From the IMG/VR virus record IMGVR_UViG_3300021387_001157, positions 32,001 to 96,000 of that record: 64,000 bases of DNA; one strand, 5' to 3'. The notes below the pieces were generated by a model. That model had not been told where the DNA came from, ran no database searches, and saw only the letters and a list, made by a program, of their open reading frames with translations. This document shows positions 9,999 to 19,663 of this stretch, piece by piece. Within the stretch, counting starts at the first letter, position 1. Every line of letters starts with the position of its first letter. A program made the position numbers and the translations under genes. This DNA comes from a virus. Taxonomy: Duplodnaviria > Caudoviricetes.

Positions 9999-11561
9999 TT
10001 AATCGGACAATGCCCTGTCGATAAGAGAGTATCTCTCATTGTCAAGTGTCTCCTTCAAGACCTCCCAAGGGTCAGTCTTTCCAGACATCACCATTCGGAC
10101 GATGTTCACTGAGAAACCAGATACGAGGGCGACACCGTTTTCGTTCTCGGTAACAGGGATGGTGTTGGTTCTAGAATTAACATTCCAGAAGACCAATCTC
10201 GGCATCTTGTAACCGGCAATGTTGTACTCACGGGTGATGTTGTCGAAAAGGGTGTCCATACGACTCTGGAAGTTACCACTCCAACGGTTGATTGTGGTTG
10301 CACTGTCAAACTCCATATCGGAGATGATGAGGATTCTCTCGGGCAAGTCTGACTGCTTCATCCTATACTTCTTGGCGGTGTTGAGAATAAGCATGAACAC
10401 TTTCTCAATATCGGTATTGGAACAATCGTCGTACTTTGCAATATGTTTGATTTTGTCAAGCAAAGTGTTGCACCCACTGATGTCGATGAACTGTGGATGA
10501 CTCGAGAACTCGATGAACTTGTTCTTGAACTCTCCCTCACATCTTTCGGCGAAGTACACTGAGAGGGAACGGCTTACGTCGATTGCATGAACAGAAGAGC
10601 CACCGATGGATGACTCCATAGAACTGGAGCCGTCACAGACGACCATAGTATTACCACAATCGGGTGTCTCCTTCAAGTTCTGCCACAAAGCCTCAAGGGA
10701 GTTGTCGAGTTGGATTCCACGATAGTTAACCCATCGACAACCACGATTGATGTACTTCGACCATATCTCGTGTGGATATAGAACACTGGCGTTAATCTTC
10801 GGTTTGTTTTCCGAAGTGGTGTCGAGAACTGCATCGAGGAATGCCTGCCGACGGTCACCATCGTGCTTCAAGAAGGCATCTTTGTAACGAAGATTTGCCT
10901 TTGAAGGAACTGCCTCATAGTCAATCTCATCCCAACGGTTTGCACAAGTCTTGTTCTCTACGATACCGATGTAGGCACGGAGTTTGGAGAGCATCTTACG
11001 GTATTCCTTGTTGGAAAGACCGAGATAGTTTCTCAACTCAATTGCCATAGGACGGGCACTGTCGGAAGCGTTGATGGAAGGAATCCACTTTGCAAGCAGA
11101 GAAACACTCTTACCATCAGTGAAGTTGTCAATGTCTGACTTCAGTTGGTTCTTGATGATATTGAAGCAAACACCCTTCAACTCGTCGTTTTTGGCATACT
11201 TCATAATGTCAAACAAATCCTTCCAACGACCATACTCACCAACAAGGGAGATAACCTTGGCAGCCTTTCCTTTGTCGAAGGAGAAGAACTGAGTGAAGAA
11301 ATCTACGAAAGCTTTCTTCTCACCGAGACCCTCACGAGCGTCACGGAGGAAAAACAACCACTTGATGGCATACGAAAGATTGTTTCTCATTGCATCCTCA
11401 AATGCAAATAAGGAATCGGTAGGGACACCTCTACGGAAATAGGGAACCTTGAAGTTAAGGTCTACAAGGATGTTACCGGTTGTTGAATGACCGGTTGCAC
11501 CATTCTCAGTGTACTGCATTGAATTTGTTCTGTTGATTTCTTTCTGAAATTCGTTCATCAT
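9999..11561 (-). CDS. DUF2828 family TROVE-like + vWA protein
   Basis: YTENGA, RDAREGLGEK, YGRWKDL, SLLAKWIPS, vWA MIDAS DGSSSM, ISDMEFD, FWNV, LVSGFS. Confidence 0.85.
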   Translation of the reverse strand: MMNEFQKEINRTNSMQYTENGATGHSTTGNILVDLNFKVPYFRRGVPTDSLFAFEDAMRNNLSYAIKWLFFLRDAREGLGEKKAFVDFFTQFFSFDKGKAAKVISLVGEYGRWKDLFDIMKYAKNDELKGVCFNIIKNQLKSDIDNFTDGKSVSLLAKWIPSINASDSARPMAIELRNYLGLSNKEYRKMLSKLRAYIGIVENKTCANRWDEIDYEAVPSKANLRYKDAFLKHDGDRRQAFLDAVLDTTSENKPKINASVLYPHEIWSKYINRGCRWVNYRGIQLDNSLEALWQNLKETPDCGNTMVVCDGSSSMESSIGGSSVHAIDVSRSLSVYFAERCEGEFKNKFIEFSSHPQFIDISGCNTLLDKIKHIAKYDDCSNTDIEKVFMLILNTAKKYRMKQSDLPERILIISDMEFDSATTINRWSGNFQSRMDTLFDNITREYNIAGYKMPRLVFWNVNSRTNTIPVTENENGVALVSGFSVNIVRMVMSGKTDPWEVLKETLDNERYSLIDRALSD

Positions 11562-11582
11562 AACTTTTTCTTTTTTTTTTAC

Positions 11583-11620
11583 AAGATTCTGTTCAACATT
11601 TTTCTGCTGTCAAGAATCTT
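11583..11620 (-). ncRNA. Structured leader hairpin upstream of DUF2828
   Basis: Minus strand AAGATTCT-tga-CAGCA-gaaaaa-TGTTG-aac-AGAATCTT; lies between the promoter motif (11649) and the start codon. Confidence 0.35.
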
Positions 11621-11648
11621 TAGTTAATAATTCCGTTTATTGTTTTGT

Positions 11649-11658
11649 AAAGATACTA
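11649..11658 (-). promoter_or_regulatory. TAGTATCTTT promoter motif (1 of about 12 copies)
   Basis: aaagatacta on + at about 11649, 13223, 14741, 15503, 21148, 24360, 30006, 37696, 47570, 48902, 55823 and 61611, always just upstream of minus-strand genes; a variant of the Bacteroidota -7 box TAnnTTTG. Confidence 0.75.
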
Positions 11659-11685
11659 TTTTTCCTATTAAAAATAACAAAAAAA

Positions 11686-11922
11686 TTATTCAGTTTTGTA
11701 TTTTTTCATTTTTTCACAATTGTTTTTTCCACAATAGAGATAGCACGACTCACCATGTTCTGTACAATCTTTATAGACTGCATCCATTTCGTTGCAACAT
11801 CTCCAGTCACCGATACAACCGAGTCCTTGATAACCAAGACACTTTCCACCCTCACCCTCTTGTGGTTTGGTACATGTCTTGCATCTTTCGAATCTTTTTC
11901 TCGTTTCTTCTTTGACACACAT
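11686..11922 (-). CDS. Small Cys-rich protein
   Basis: Likely start MCVKEE immediately after the smpB stop; 11 Cys in 78 aa. Confidence 0.55.
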   Translation of the reverse strand: MCVKEETRKRFERCKTCTKPQEGEGGKCLGYQGLGCIGDWRCCNEMDAVYKDCTEHGESCYLYCGKNNCEKMKKYKTE

Positions 11923-11923
11923 A

Positions 11924-12376
11924 TCAGTATTCTCTTTTTGCTTGACGGTCGATGTCTCTTTCCTTGATAGACTGTCTCTTGTCATAGTCGTGTTTACCCT
12001 TGGCTAAAGCAATCTTCAGTTTGGCGAGTCCATTTTCATTTATAAAGAGATACACAGGTACTATAGTCATCCCGTTTTCTGATACTGTCTTTGAGAGTTT
12101 TCGAATTTCTTTCTTATTGAGAAGAAGTTTCTTGTCACGGAGAGGGTCTGATTTCTCATACCCTTTCTTATCATATTCGGATATGTTGAGATTTTTGACA
12201 AAGACCTCACCATCCTTTACGTAGCAGAACGATGACTCGTTCATACTCACCTTCCCCTCTCGGATTGACTTTATCTCACAACCCGTGAGTACTATACCGG
12301 CGACGAACTCTTCAATCAGTTCGTAGTTGAAATGCACCTTTCGGTTTTCTATCCTTTTTGTTCCCGTATTTTTCAT
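11924..12376 (-). CDS. smpB: SsrA (tmRNA)-binding protein SmpB
   Basis: NRK..FNY, AGIVLTGCEIKSIR, R.KKLLL.KKEI, GMTIVP, ALAKGK..YDKR..IKERD. Confidence 0.95.
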   Translation of the reverse strand: MKNTGTKRIENRKVHFNYELIEEFVAGIVLTGCEIKSIREGKVSMNESSFCYVKDGEVFVKNLNISEYDKKGYEKSDPLRDKKLLLNKKEIRKLSKTVSENGMTIVPVYLFINENGLAKLKIALAKGKHDYDKRQSIKERDIDRQAKREY

Positions 12377-12594
12377 TGGACGACAAGGAAGTTTTGAATT
12401 ATAAACCAGGCAAAGAAACAAACGAGTCCGAATGAAATCAACGACCCAATCTCCAACCCAATCATGTGGTCTGTTCGACTAGTATCGAACCCCTTTTCTC
12501 TTTCGAGCATATCACATGTAAATCTGTGATGGGAACGCTCATATGAGAATAAGAGATATAATCCGATTATTAAAATGATGTATTTCCAAACCAT
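12373..12594 (-). CDS. Small membrane protein
   Basis: Two hydrophobic segments; coupled to smpB. Confidence 0.55.
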   Translation of the reverse strand: MVWKYIILIIGLYLLFSYERSHHRFTCDMLEREKGFDTSRTDHMIGLEIGSLISFGLVCFFAWFIIQNFLVVQ

Positions 12595-12596
12595 AG

Positions 12597-13208
12597 TTAT
12601 TCCTCCACATCTTTATAGTACAATACTGTTGGTGTTCCGTCGTGAATGTCAATCGTTTTTCCGTAGATTGCAGAAAACGTCTTCTTGTTGAACGGTCTCG
12701 TGATGAGGTGGATACCGTGAGGTGTCGGAATCTCGGCGACAATCTTCTCACGGTCAAACGGCTCACACTGGTTGACTGCTTCGATGATGTACGAGAGTTC
12801 TATGTTGTCCTTGGTGTCTACATCGACAATCCAAGTCTTGTTTCCGTCACAGGCACCGGTCTGACCACAAGCAGTTTCGAAAATACTACGAAAAGTGTGG
12901 TATTCCTCGTGTGCAACAAGGTGTGCCATAAGTTCAAGACCCTTCATAGACACCTGCTTCTTGTTTTTCTTGTTGAGGTTGATGCAGGCACGGGCGTTGA
13001 AGAACTCACAGAGAGACTTGATTTCCTCACGTCTCTCTTCAAGGTACTCGATGGAGTCGGCGAAATATGATTTGATGATACGGACACTGCTTGAAGCACG
13101 ACCATCGTTCTGGTCCTTACCTCTCTGCATAATCTGAATCATATAGAAGTCACCATCGTTCTTGAAGTCGAGTAACTTTTCAATCTGGTCAAAATTATCT
13201 ACTGTCAT
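12597..13208 (-). CDS. Conserved phage protein with AEP/Prim-Pol-like motifs
   Basis: WIVDVD (hhhDxD) and PTPHGIHL (sxH) motifs; has its own promoter at 13223. Confidence 0.5.
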   Translation of the reverse strand: MTVDNFDQIEKLLDFKNDGDFYMIQIMQRGKDQNDGRASSSVRIIKSYFADSIEYLEERREEIKSLCEFFNARACINLNKKNKKQVSMKGLELMAHLVAHEEYHTFRSIFETACGQTGACDGNKTWIVDVDTKDNIELSYIIEAVNQCEPFDREKIVAEIPTPHGIHLITRPFNKKTFSAIYGKTIDIHDGTPTVLYYKDVEE

Positions 13209-13421
13209 ATCGTTTTTTTTTCAAAGATACTATTATTTTTTTGAAATATCAAAATTTTCTACTCACAATCCGGTTCATGTACAAACACTATGTCGTCACA
13301 GAGTTTTATTTCGTGGTTTCTCAAATGAACACGAACAGCATCGTCGAAATAACAAGGGCAGTCAACGTGGTCTATATCGTTGCAATCCAACGTTTCTGTC
13401 TCAACACCAAGACTATAAAGT

Positions 13422-13658
13422 TTAACTTTCATCTTTCTTATCTTTTATGTATTTCAAAAAGTTATTAACTGGCCATTCAACATATGTGGCAAACAAAACA
13501 CTCCAACACAAGAAAAAGATTGACACCTTTATCCTTTTCGGTCTTCCAATCCTCTTTGTCACTTTTATTGTCGGTAAAAGATATATTTCGTGTTTGTTCC
13601 AATGGGAAATCACAACAAATTTCTTTGTCGACCCATCCTTGTTAGTTTTATACCACAT
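13422..13658 (-). CDS. Hypothetical protein
   Basis: ORF in a tightly packed run. Confidence 0.5.
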   Translation of the reverse strand: MWYKTNKDGSTKKFVVISHWNKHEIYLLPTIKVTKRIGRPKRIKVSIFFLCWSVLFATYVEWPVNNFLKYIKDKKDES

Positions 13659-13941
13659 ATAGATAGTTTTTTATAATCTCTCTGTTACATATTTTCTTCG
13701 GATACCTTTTCTCAAGATACTCGATAAATTCATAATCATTGACGGCATCGAACAAACATCCTTCGAGTTCCGGATAGTCATCGACCTTTTCACCAACATG
13801 CTCTTTGAGAATTTCCATCAACTCGTGGACTTCTATTTCTCTACGACCCCTCTTCTTATTGAGAATAGACATTATATCAATCTCATCAAGAAGATTGAAT
13901 GTGGTCTGCATGGATTTTTCAAAATCAAAATCTATTTTCAT
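13648..13941 (-). CDS. Hypothetical protein
   Basis: 97-aa ORF, tight packing. Confidence 0.6.
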   Translation of the reverse strand: MKIDFDFEKSMQTTFNLLDEIDIMSILNKKRGRREIEVHELMEILKEHVGEKVDDYPELEGCLFDAVNDYEFIEYLEKRYPKKICNREIIKNYLYVV

Positions 13942-13943
13942 TT

Positions 13944-14531
13944 TTAAGATATTATTATGTCAACCTTACCATTACTCGGTAAGTATTTTCTATATTCTTT
14001 CATCCAAGGGTCACGACTGTTGATGTTCTGTGCATAGCAACTCTCAAAGGCGTTTCTTGTCGACGACTCTCTTATAAATAGAATACGGACGACTTTCATC
14101 CTTGATATTGCATCAGTGAATTTATTTTTGTCAAACTCAAGACCTTCATACTTGTTTGGAACATATTCGGTTATTGCACATTCTTGTTTCCTCTCATCGA
14201 GAATGTTTTGAACAACCTTTTTGATTTTTCCCTCGTTGTTTTGGTGTATGAGACATTTCGTGTCACCGTATGATATTGTGAGTTTGACAACCTCCATACG
14301 TCTCCCGTTTCTGTCGAAGAGAAATTCAAACTCATCAACATCAGTCTTTGTGATATCGTGTCTCATCAACCACAAGACAATATTGTCTTTGAGTTGGTAA
14401 TATTGGTTCCTTGTGATTATGTCCTTTACATCAAAGGTTTTCATAATCCGGTTGGTATAGGAAATATCCTCCAACAATTGTTTGAAGTCAACCTCTACGG
14501 CAACATTATTTTCCATATTCTCATTTAACAC
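13944..14531 (-). CDS. Hypothetical protein
   Basis: 195-aa ORF. Confidence 0.7.
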   Translation of the reverse strand: MLNENMENNVAVEVDFKQLLEDISYTNRIMKTFDVKDIITRNQYYQLKDNIVLWLMRHDITKTDVDEFEFLFDRNGRRMEVVKLTISYGDTKCLIHQNNEGKIKKVVQNILDERKQECAITEYVPNKYEGLEFDKNKFTDAISRMKVVRILFIRESSTRNAFESCYAQNINSRDPWMKEYRKYLPSNGKVDIIIS

Positions 14532-14535
14532 CTTG

Positions 14536-14724
14536 TTATTTCGTTCTTGTCACTACGATTATTGAGTTCCCATTGTAAGGTCTGACCAAGATGTCATCCC
14601 CCTCGATTTCGAGGAGTTTAAGACCGTCTGCCTCCTGTTTGACCATAAATTCTTTGTCGTGAATCTTGATACGTATTGCATCGGTTTCGACAAATTCGGA
14701 TGAATGATTCAATTTTACTTCCAT
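14536..14724 (-). CDS. Hypothetical protein
   Basis: Start MEVKLNH, downstream of the promoter motif at 14741. Confidence 0.55.
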   Translation of the reverse strand: MEVKLNHSSEFVETDAIRIKIHDKEFMVKQEADGLKLLEIEGDDILVRPYNGNSIIVVTRTK

Positions 14725-14772
14725 ATATGTTCTTTTTTTCAAAGATACTATTTTTTTCTGGAAGTTCAAAAT

Positions 14773-15396
14773 TTAAATTGGTTTAGGACATAGTTCCACC
14801 ATGTCGTGGTGCCACTTTTTCCAAATGGGTTTGTATTTCTTGTTGAAATCTTCCCATCCGAAACCGTTGTTCAAATCATCCATGATTTCTTTGTTGAGTT
14901 CCACACCACACTTGTAGTCCACAATACGACCCCACTTTGCAATCTGCACGGCGAACATAAGAATACGTATAGAATGGAAGAGTGACTTTGCACCACACCT
15001 CATATCAAGGTCTTTTTCCACCGTCATCTTTTTCTTGGCCTTGACCCACGAATTGGACGAGACTCCGGAAAACTCTTGTCTCAACTTCCACTTGTCAAGT
15101 TCGAAATGAATCAAGTAGTTGTGGCAGCAATCCTGAAAAAGTGCTTCTAAGGCAAAGATACGATGTTCTCTAAGCATCTCTATGAAATCACTTTCACGGA
15201 CATACTGCATGTCTGCCTGTCGACCGAACTTCTCTACACTCATAGAGAATATTCTATTCTCGTATCCTGTCTCTGATGTCGATGTGGTATTGGACAAATC
15301 AAAGTAGTCTGGAACGATGAAACCGAAATCCAAATCTGACATTTCATCATTCGTTCCAAAGAGATACGAACCCCGTTCAAACATTAAATTACTCAT
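14773..15396 (-). CDS. Pol-beta superfamily nucleotidyltransferase
   Basis: RGSYLFGT...SDLDF (GS + DxD) and KSLFHSIR helix; likely start MSNLMF. Confidence 0.75.
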   Translation of the reverse strand: MSNLMFERGSYLFGTNDEMSDLDFGFIVPDYFDLSNTTSTSETGYENRIFSMSVEKFGRQADMQYVRESDFIEMLREHRIFALEALFQDCCHNYLIHFELDKWKLRQEFSGVSSNSWVKAKKKMTVEKDLDMRCGAKSLFHSIRILMFAVQIAKWGRIVDYKCGVELNKEIMDDLNNGFGWEDFNKKYKPIWKKWHHDMVELCPKPI

Positions 15397-15529
15397 ATTA
15401 TAATTGTTATTTTTTCGAAAATCGAAAAATCTTTTTCGAAATTGATTTTTCACATATCATTTTTTCGATGATTTTTCGAAATTGATTATTTAATACGTTT
15501 CAAAAGATACTATTTATTTTCGAAAAACA

Positions 15530-15562
15530 AAAAAAAAGGAGGATTTTTTTCCTCCTTTTTTT
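15530..15562 (-). terminator. Intrinsic terminator
   Basis: aaaaaaaggagga...tcctcctttttt. Confidence 0.7.
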
Positions 15563-16448
15563 AATCACCCCTATATCCATTTTTCACAAAACTTTCATAA
15601 GTCTCGTATACATACCCGTCTGATAAGTCTCGTTTATTGATATAAACGTCGTAGTAGTATTCGTATGGGTTACTTTTACTCAATAACGATTTTTTATATT
15701 TTACATAATCGGATTCAATTATATGACCCAAAGAGTCTTTTATATATTTAGGTAAATCCACATAATCAACCCTTTTATAATTTTCAGGATTCTTCTCAAC
15801 GTCTGCTTTCAATATTTCTACGTATTTTTCATATTCTTTGAGAAGTTCTTTCTGTCTTTTATCCTCAATCTCTTTTTCCATACGTCTTTTCTCAGCACGT
15901 CTTTTTTCTTCTTCCATACGTTCTTTTTTTGCACGAAGTTCATTATACACAACATCTTCACCGGAAGTCTTCAGTCTCAACCAAAGTTTTAACTTTTTCG
16001 AAAGTGCCATCACCTTTGGATGAACATACATGAAATAGAAATATTTCTCATCCCTATTGAAAAATACATAATATATTTTTCCAGAACTTGTTTTACAAGA
16101 AGTAACTTCATCTACGTTTTTTGAAATTATTTCGGAAAACTCTTCATATGTGACGGAACCAGCATCGTTCTCTTCCAATGTGACACTCAAACCATCAGAT
16201 GTAAAATTGTCACACACTTTCTTTATCCGTTCAGTGAAGACTTTCTCAAACCCGTCATTGTGATATCTGTTAATATCTTTCCAGTCACAATATATTGTAC
16301 CAAGAAATCTATATCTGTATTTTTCAGACATGAAATTTTTCTTCATCATACCATAAGTAGGCCAGTGACTGTTTATTTCAATTTCGTCGAAACTCTTAAC
16401 ATCCTTTTCTTCATTTATCTTGAAATATTCATCAAATTTTAAAACCAT
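15561..16448 (-). CDS. Hypothetical protein, possibly capsid-packaged
   Basis: N-terminus MVLKFDEYFKINE; CATAAATAA 24 nt upstream; own terminator. Confidence 0.65.
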   Translation of the reverse strand: MVLKFDEYFKINEEKDVKSFDEIEINSHWPTYGMMKKNFMSEKYRYRFLGTIYCDWKDINRYHNDGFEKVFTERIKKVCDNFTSDGLSVTLEENDAGSVTYEEFSEIISKNVDEVTSCKTSSGKIYYVFFNRDEKYFYFMYVHPKVMALSKKLKLWLRLKTSGEDVVYNELRAKKERMEEEKRRAEKRRMEKEIEDKRQKELLKEYEKYVEILKADVEKNPENYKRVDYVDLPKYIKDSLGHIIESDYVKYKKSLLSKSNPYEYYYDVYINKRDLSDGYVYETYESFVKNGYRGD

Positions 16449-16472
16449 TAGAATAAAAATACATTATATATA

Positions 16473-17915
16473 TTATTTATGACACACTATGTCTACACTT
16501 TCACTTGCTCTCGTGATGGCGACATACCTCAACTGCCTTCTCATCTTTTTATCCATACACGAACATATATCAATGTCGTTTATGAAAACGTGGTTGAAAG
16601 TGCTTCCTTGACTCTTGTGGATTGTGTGTGCATATCCATAGTCGATGACTTTTCCTTGAAGCAAAAAACCATAGTTATCACGAATGTTGTCGTTAACAAA
16701 AAGCATGTTGTCTATCTCATTGATACGTGCAAGATAGTTCGGTTTCTCATTAAGCGGTGCAGACTTCCACCTATTCCACAGAAGTTTCTTCTGATAACTC
16801 AAAAGTTTGGTTGCCCTCAAATTATCCTGACTTTCCTTCACATCAATGTAAGGCACAACAACATTGAGTCCTAGAGCATCTTTCAATTTCAACTTTTTAA
16901 TTGTCAATGGAATATAATCGTCACCACTATATTCAACCTCAATATATTCGGCAACATCCTTTGTTTCTTCATTTACGATTTCAACAACTTGATAACTTTC
17001 TGAGTTTATAAACCGGTACGGTGTTCCGGTATATCTTCTTGAATAGTCATAACCCCAGTTTGCATAAGACATCATCGGTTCTCCTTTCTGTGGGTCAAGA
17101 CCGTCATATCCAAGTTTTTTACGGATGGCGTAGTTTAGTGTTTCCACATTCTTGTTCGTAAAAGAAAGGACACGGAAGAAATTTGGGTTGTCTTTCAGAC
17201 CGGGAATATATGTTTCGAAAATCTCACTCACTTTCTTTCCGTCGGTGTGGTCAATGAAAGTGATTCCATTATCATCCTCATAACTCAGTTCGGCACCATT
17301 TCTGATTGCTGTCGCCTCTTTTAGAATACCGTTGTCACCAGTTCTCTCAACCTTGGTGAGCGTGATGATTTTTCCCAATTTCTGTCTGAACACAATTGAA
17401 ATGTCATCCTCCTTTACCGGAGCGAGCTGTGCAGGGTCTCCAACGAATATGACCTTGCATTTAAACTCTTGACACTTTTCCATCACGTCGGAGAAATTCT
17501 CCTCACTCAACATCGACGCTTCGTCTATGATTACAACGGAACCTTTCATCAACTTGTTGTCACCCTCACGTCTCTTCTTCAAAGACACGTCGAAATTCTC
17601 GACATCTAAATCTTGTTCTATGACGATACCGAAAAGAGAATTTACAGTACTTACGTGTTCGTTGACCTTTTCTTTCAAGACACCGGCGGCCTTATGGGTG
17701 GTCGCTGCAAACTGAAGACGGACATCATATCTGAAAATATCCCTTATGATGCCCATCAACGTTGTCTTTCCAGTACCGGCATATCCCATCAACGTTAGAC
17801 ACGTCCGGTCACTCTGTATGAAATCTACAATCTCTTCAACCGCCGCTATCTGTTCGTCATTGAGTTGGAGGTCAACATTTACTTTCTTACCCCTAAATTC
17901 ATATTTCATATCCAA
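16473..17915 (-). CDS. Dda/RecD-like SF1B DNA helicase
   Basis: GYAGTGKT, IIDEASM, VGDPAQL, YAHTIHKSQGSTF, YVAITRA. Confidence 0.9.
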   Translation of the reverse strand: MDMKYEFRGKKVNVDLQLNDEQIAAVEEIVDFIQSDRTCLTLMGYAGTGKTTLMGIIRDIFRYDVRLQFAATTHKAAGVLKEKVNEHVSTVNSLFGIVIEQDLDVENFDVSLKKRREGDNKLMKGSVVIIDEASMLSEENFSDVMEKCQEFKCKVIFVGDPAQLAPVKEDDISIVFRQKLGKIITLTKVERTGDNGILKEATAIRNGAELSYEDDNGITFIDHTDGKKVSEIFETYIPGLKDNPNFFRVLSFTNKNVETLNYAIRKKLGYDGLDPQKGEPMMSYANWGYDYSRRYTGTPYRFINSESYQVVEIVNEETKDVAEYIEVEYSGDDYIPLTIKKLKLKDALGLNVVVPYIDVKESQDNLRATKLLSYQKKLLWNRWKSAPLNEKPNYLARINEIDNMLFVNDNIRDNYGFLLQGKVIDYGYAHTIHKSQGSTFNHVFINDIDICSCMDKKMRRQLRYVAITRASESVDIVCHK

Positions 17916-18075
17916 CCAAGATTTTTAAGATATATGAAAAGTAGAACAACATTTAACAATATAAATAAAATCCCCGACGATATATTATCTCTATTTTCGA
18001 TGTTAACAATCCCATCATATATTAGATATATACCACCAATGATTGCTACGATTGATAAAATAATTCCTATAATAA

Positions 18076-19002
18076 TCATACTATTTTCTCATTTATTATG
18101 TCGTAAGTTTTACCTAAATATTCGACAGTCCCGTCACCATTGTCAACAATTCCCATCTTCTTTATTTTCTCAATAAGAGTGAGTAACATAAGTCCAACCG
18201 ACTTTATACGTGGTTCGTTCTCACGATAAAGAGCTGGACCTAGAACAGGAAGAAAGTCGGAGATTTCACCCTTGGTGTACAATTCGACACCATCTATCAA
18301 AGCCAATGTCTGTCCTGTCTGGAAGGATATGACTTTCAAAATGTCTTTTCCACTCATGTTCTTGTTCAACGAATCGAAATCTATTTCTTCAAGTTTGATG
18401 TTCCATAAAGTATCAAGTCTTTCTTTCCAACCACCACGTAGGGCAGACTTTATCATGGAACGATATTGTGACCTAGACATATGTGAAAGGATTATCCTAA
18501 CGGCACGGATAACCTTCATACAGACATCTCTCTCTACAGGTCCGGAAATCGGATTACCCTTGTTCTCCTTATGGAGTGGTACGGTTCTGTACATCGAGTT
18601 ATTCAACTCGTCTGGAACACCCTTGTAGCACCACACAACATGTCCGTCCTTTATTACAGCGAGGTTTGGATTTCCATCCAATATTTCACAAAGTCTCTTG
18701 CAGATGTGTGATTCCATCGGTTCGTCAACGACATAAACGATGTCTTTATCTACACTGTCCGGACTTCCATGCACATAAGACTTGACAGTGTTTCTCCATC
18801 TATTGCAGTTTTCCTTATTGTCATATATGTATTCAACCTCTCCACTTCTGTTTTTTCCAGTCTTTTCGATTTCAAACATATATTGCAGATGATTGATATA
18901 ATGAATACACTTGTCACAATATGGACAAAAACAACTCAAATAAAACCCATCATTGTCTAAAATAAAGTAATCACCGGTACACATTATCTTTGATTGCTCC
19001 AT
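18076..19002 (-). CDS. Nucleotidyltransferase-like protein with a Cys-rich N-terminus
   Basis: YVHGSPDSVDKDIVYV (GS + DxD); N-terminal CFCPYCDKC. Confidence 0.55.
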   Translation of the reverse strand: MEQSKIMCTGDYFILDNDGFYLSCFCPYCDKCIHYINHLQYMFEIEKTGKNRSGEVEYIYDNKENCNRWRNTVKSYVHGSPDSVDKDIVYVVDEPMESHICKRLCEILDGNPNLAVIKDGHVVWCYKGVPDELNNSMYRTVPLHKENKGNPISGPVERDVCMKVIRAVRIILSHMSRSQYRSMIKSALRGGWKERLDTLWNIKLEEIDFDSLNKNMSGKDILKVISFQTGQTLALIDGVELYTKGEISDFLPVLGPALYRENEPRIKSVGLMLLTLIEKIKKMGIVDNGDGTVEYLGKTYDIINEKIV

Positions 19003-19429
19003 AACTCTACTCTAAATTTGACAACTCTTTTTCAAATAATTCTCTTACTTTTTTTTGATGATACTTATCATAACAATATATATTGTCACCATGTAAAGAT
19101 ATTGATTTATCATACCAATAATACATTTTATATCGAATACCATCTATTGTTATCTCATATAAGATAGTACCATCGCTAGACTTATGACAAAATATTTTCT
19201 TATCAAAATTTTTAATTACTTTTTTCCAAAAAGTCCATTCTTTATGATAAAGTAAATAACATTCTAATTTGTTATCTAATAATAACATTAACATTATTAT
19301 TAAATATATTACTAAAATTATTACTAAAATATTCATGATAATTAATTTTTTTAATATAATTAAATTATACCATTTACATTTATATCAATGTAATCACCGG
19401 TACACATTTTCTTTGATTGTTCCATAACT
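18967..19429. repeat. 40-bp direct repeat (18967-19006, 19390-19429) flanking an AT-rich gene
   Basis: gtaatcaccggtacacatt(a/t)tctttgattg(c/t)tccataact, 38/40 identical. Confidence 0.9.
19007..19336 (-). CDS. AT-rich membrane-anchored hypothetical protein (inserted cassette)
   Basis: N-terminal TM segment; visibly lower GC than its neighbours. Confidence 0.65.
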   Translation of the reverse strand: MNILVIILVIYLIIMLMLLLDNKLECYLLYHKEWTFWKKVIKNFDKKIFCHKSSDGTILYEITIDGIRYKMYYWYDKSISLHGDNIYCYDKYHQKKVRELFEKELSNLE

Positions 19430-19661
19430 ATACGTTTTTAAAATAATCTTCATAATTTTCACCATCCCAAGATTCCACATAATCAATTTTGTCTTGTGGG
19501 GTATTGTTTGGAATATAGTAATCCCATATTCTACACAAGTTGCACATGTCCCCCTTTTCAACGGGGACAAGGGTTCCACGTCTAGAACACTCGTAACACT
19601 CACAAAGATAATTTGCATCTGCATCGTGGTGATTGAAATATATACAATCTTCTCTTACCAT
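19428..19661 (-). CDS. Small Cys-rich hypothetical protein
   Basis: CECYEC and CNLC motifs. Confidence 0.55.
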   Translation of the reverse strand: MVREDCIYFNHHDADANYLCECYECSRRGTLVPVEKGDMCNLCRIWDYYIPNNTPQDKIDYVESWDGENYEDYFKNV

Positions 19662-19663
19662 AC

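Noticed and set aside
11562-13420. tmRNA or tRNA near smpB
   Set aside because: No intergenic space or tRNA-like acceptor/T-arm recognised by eye.
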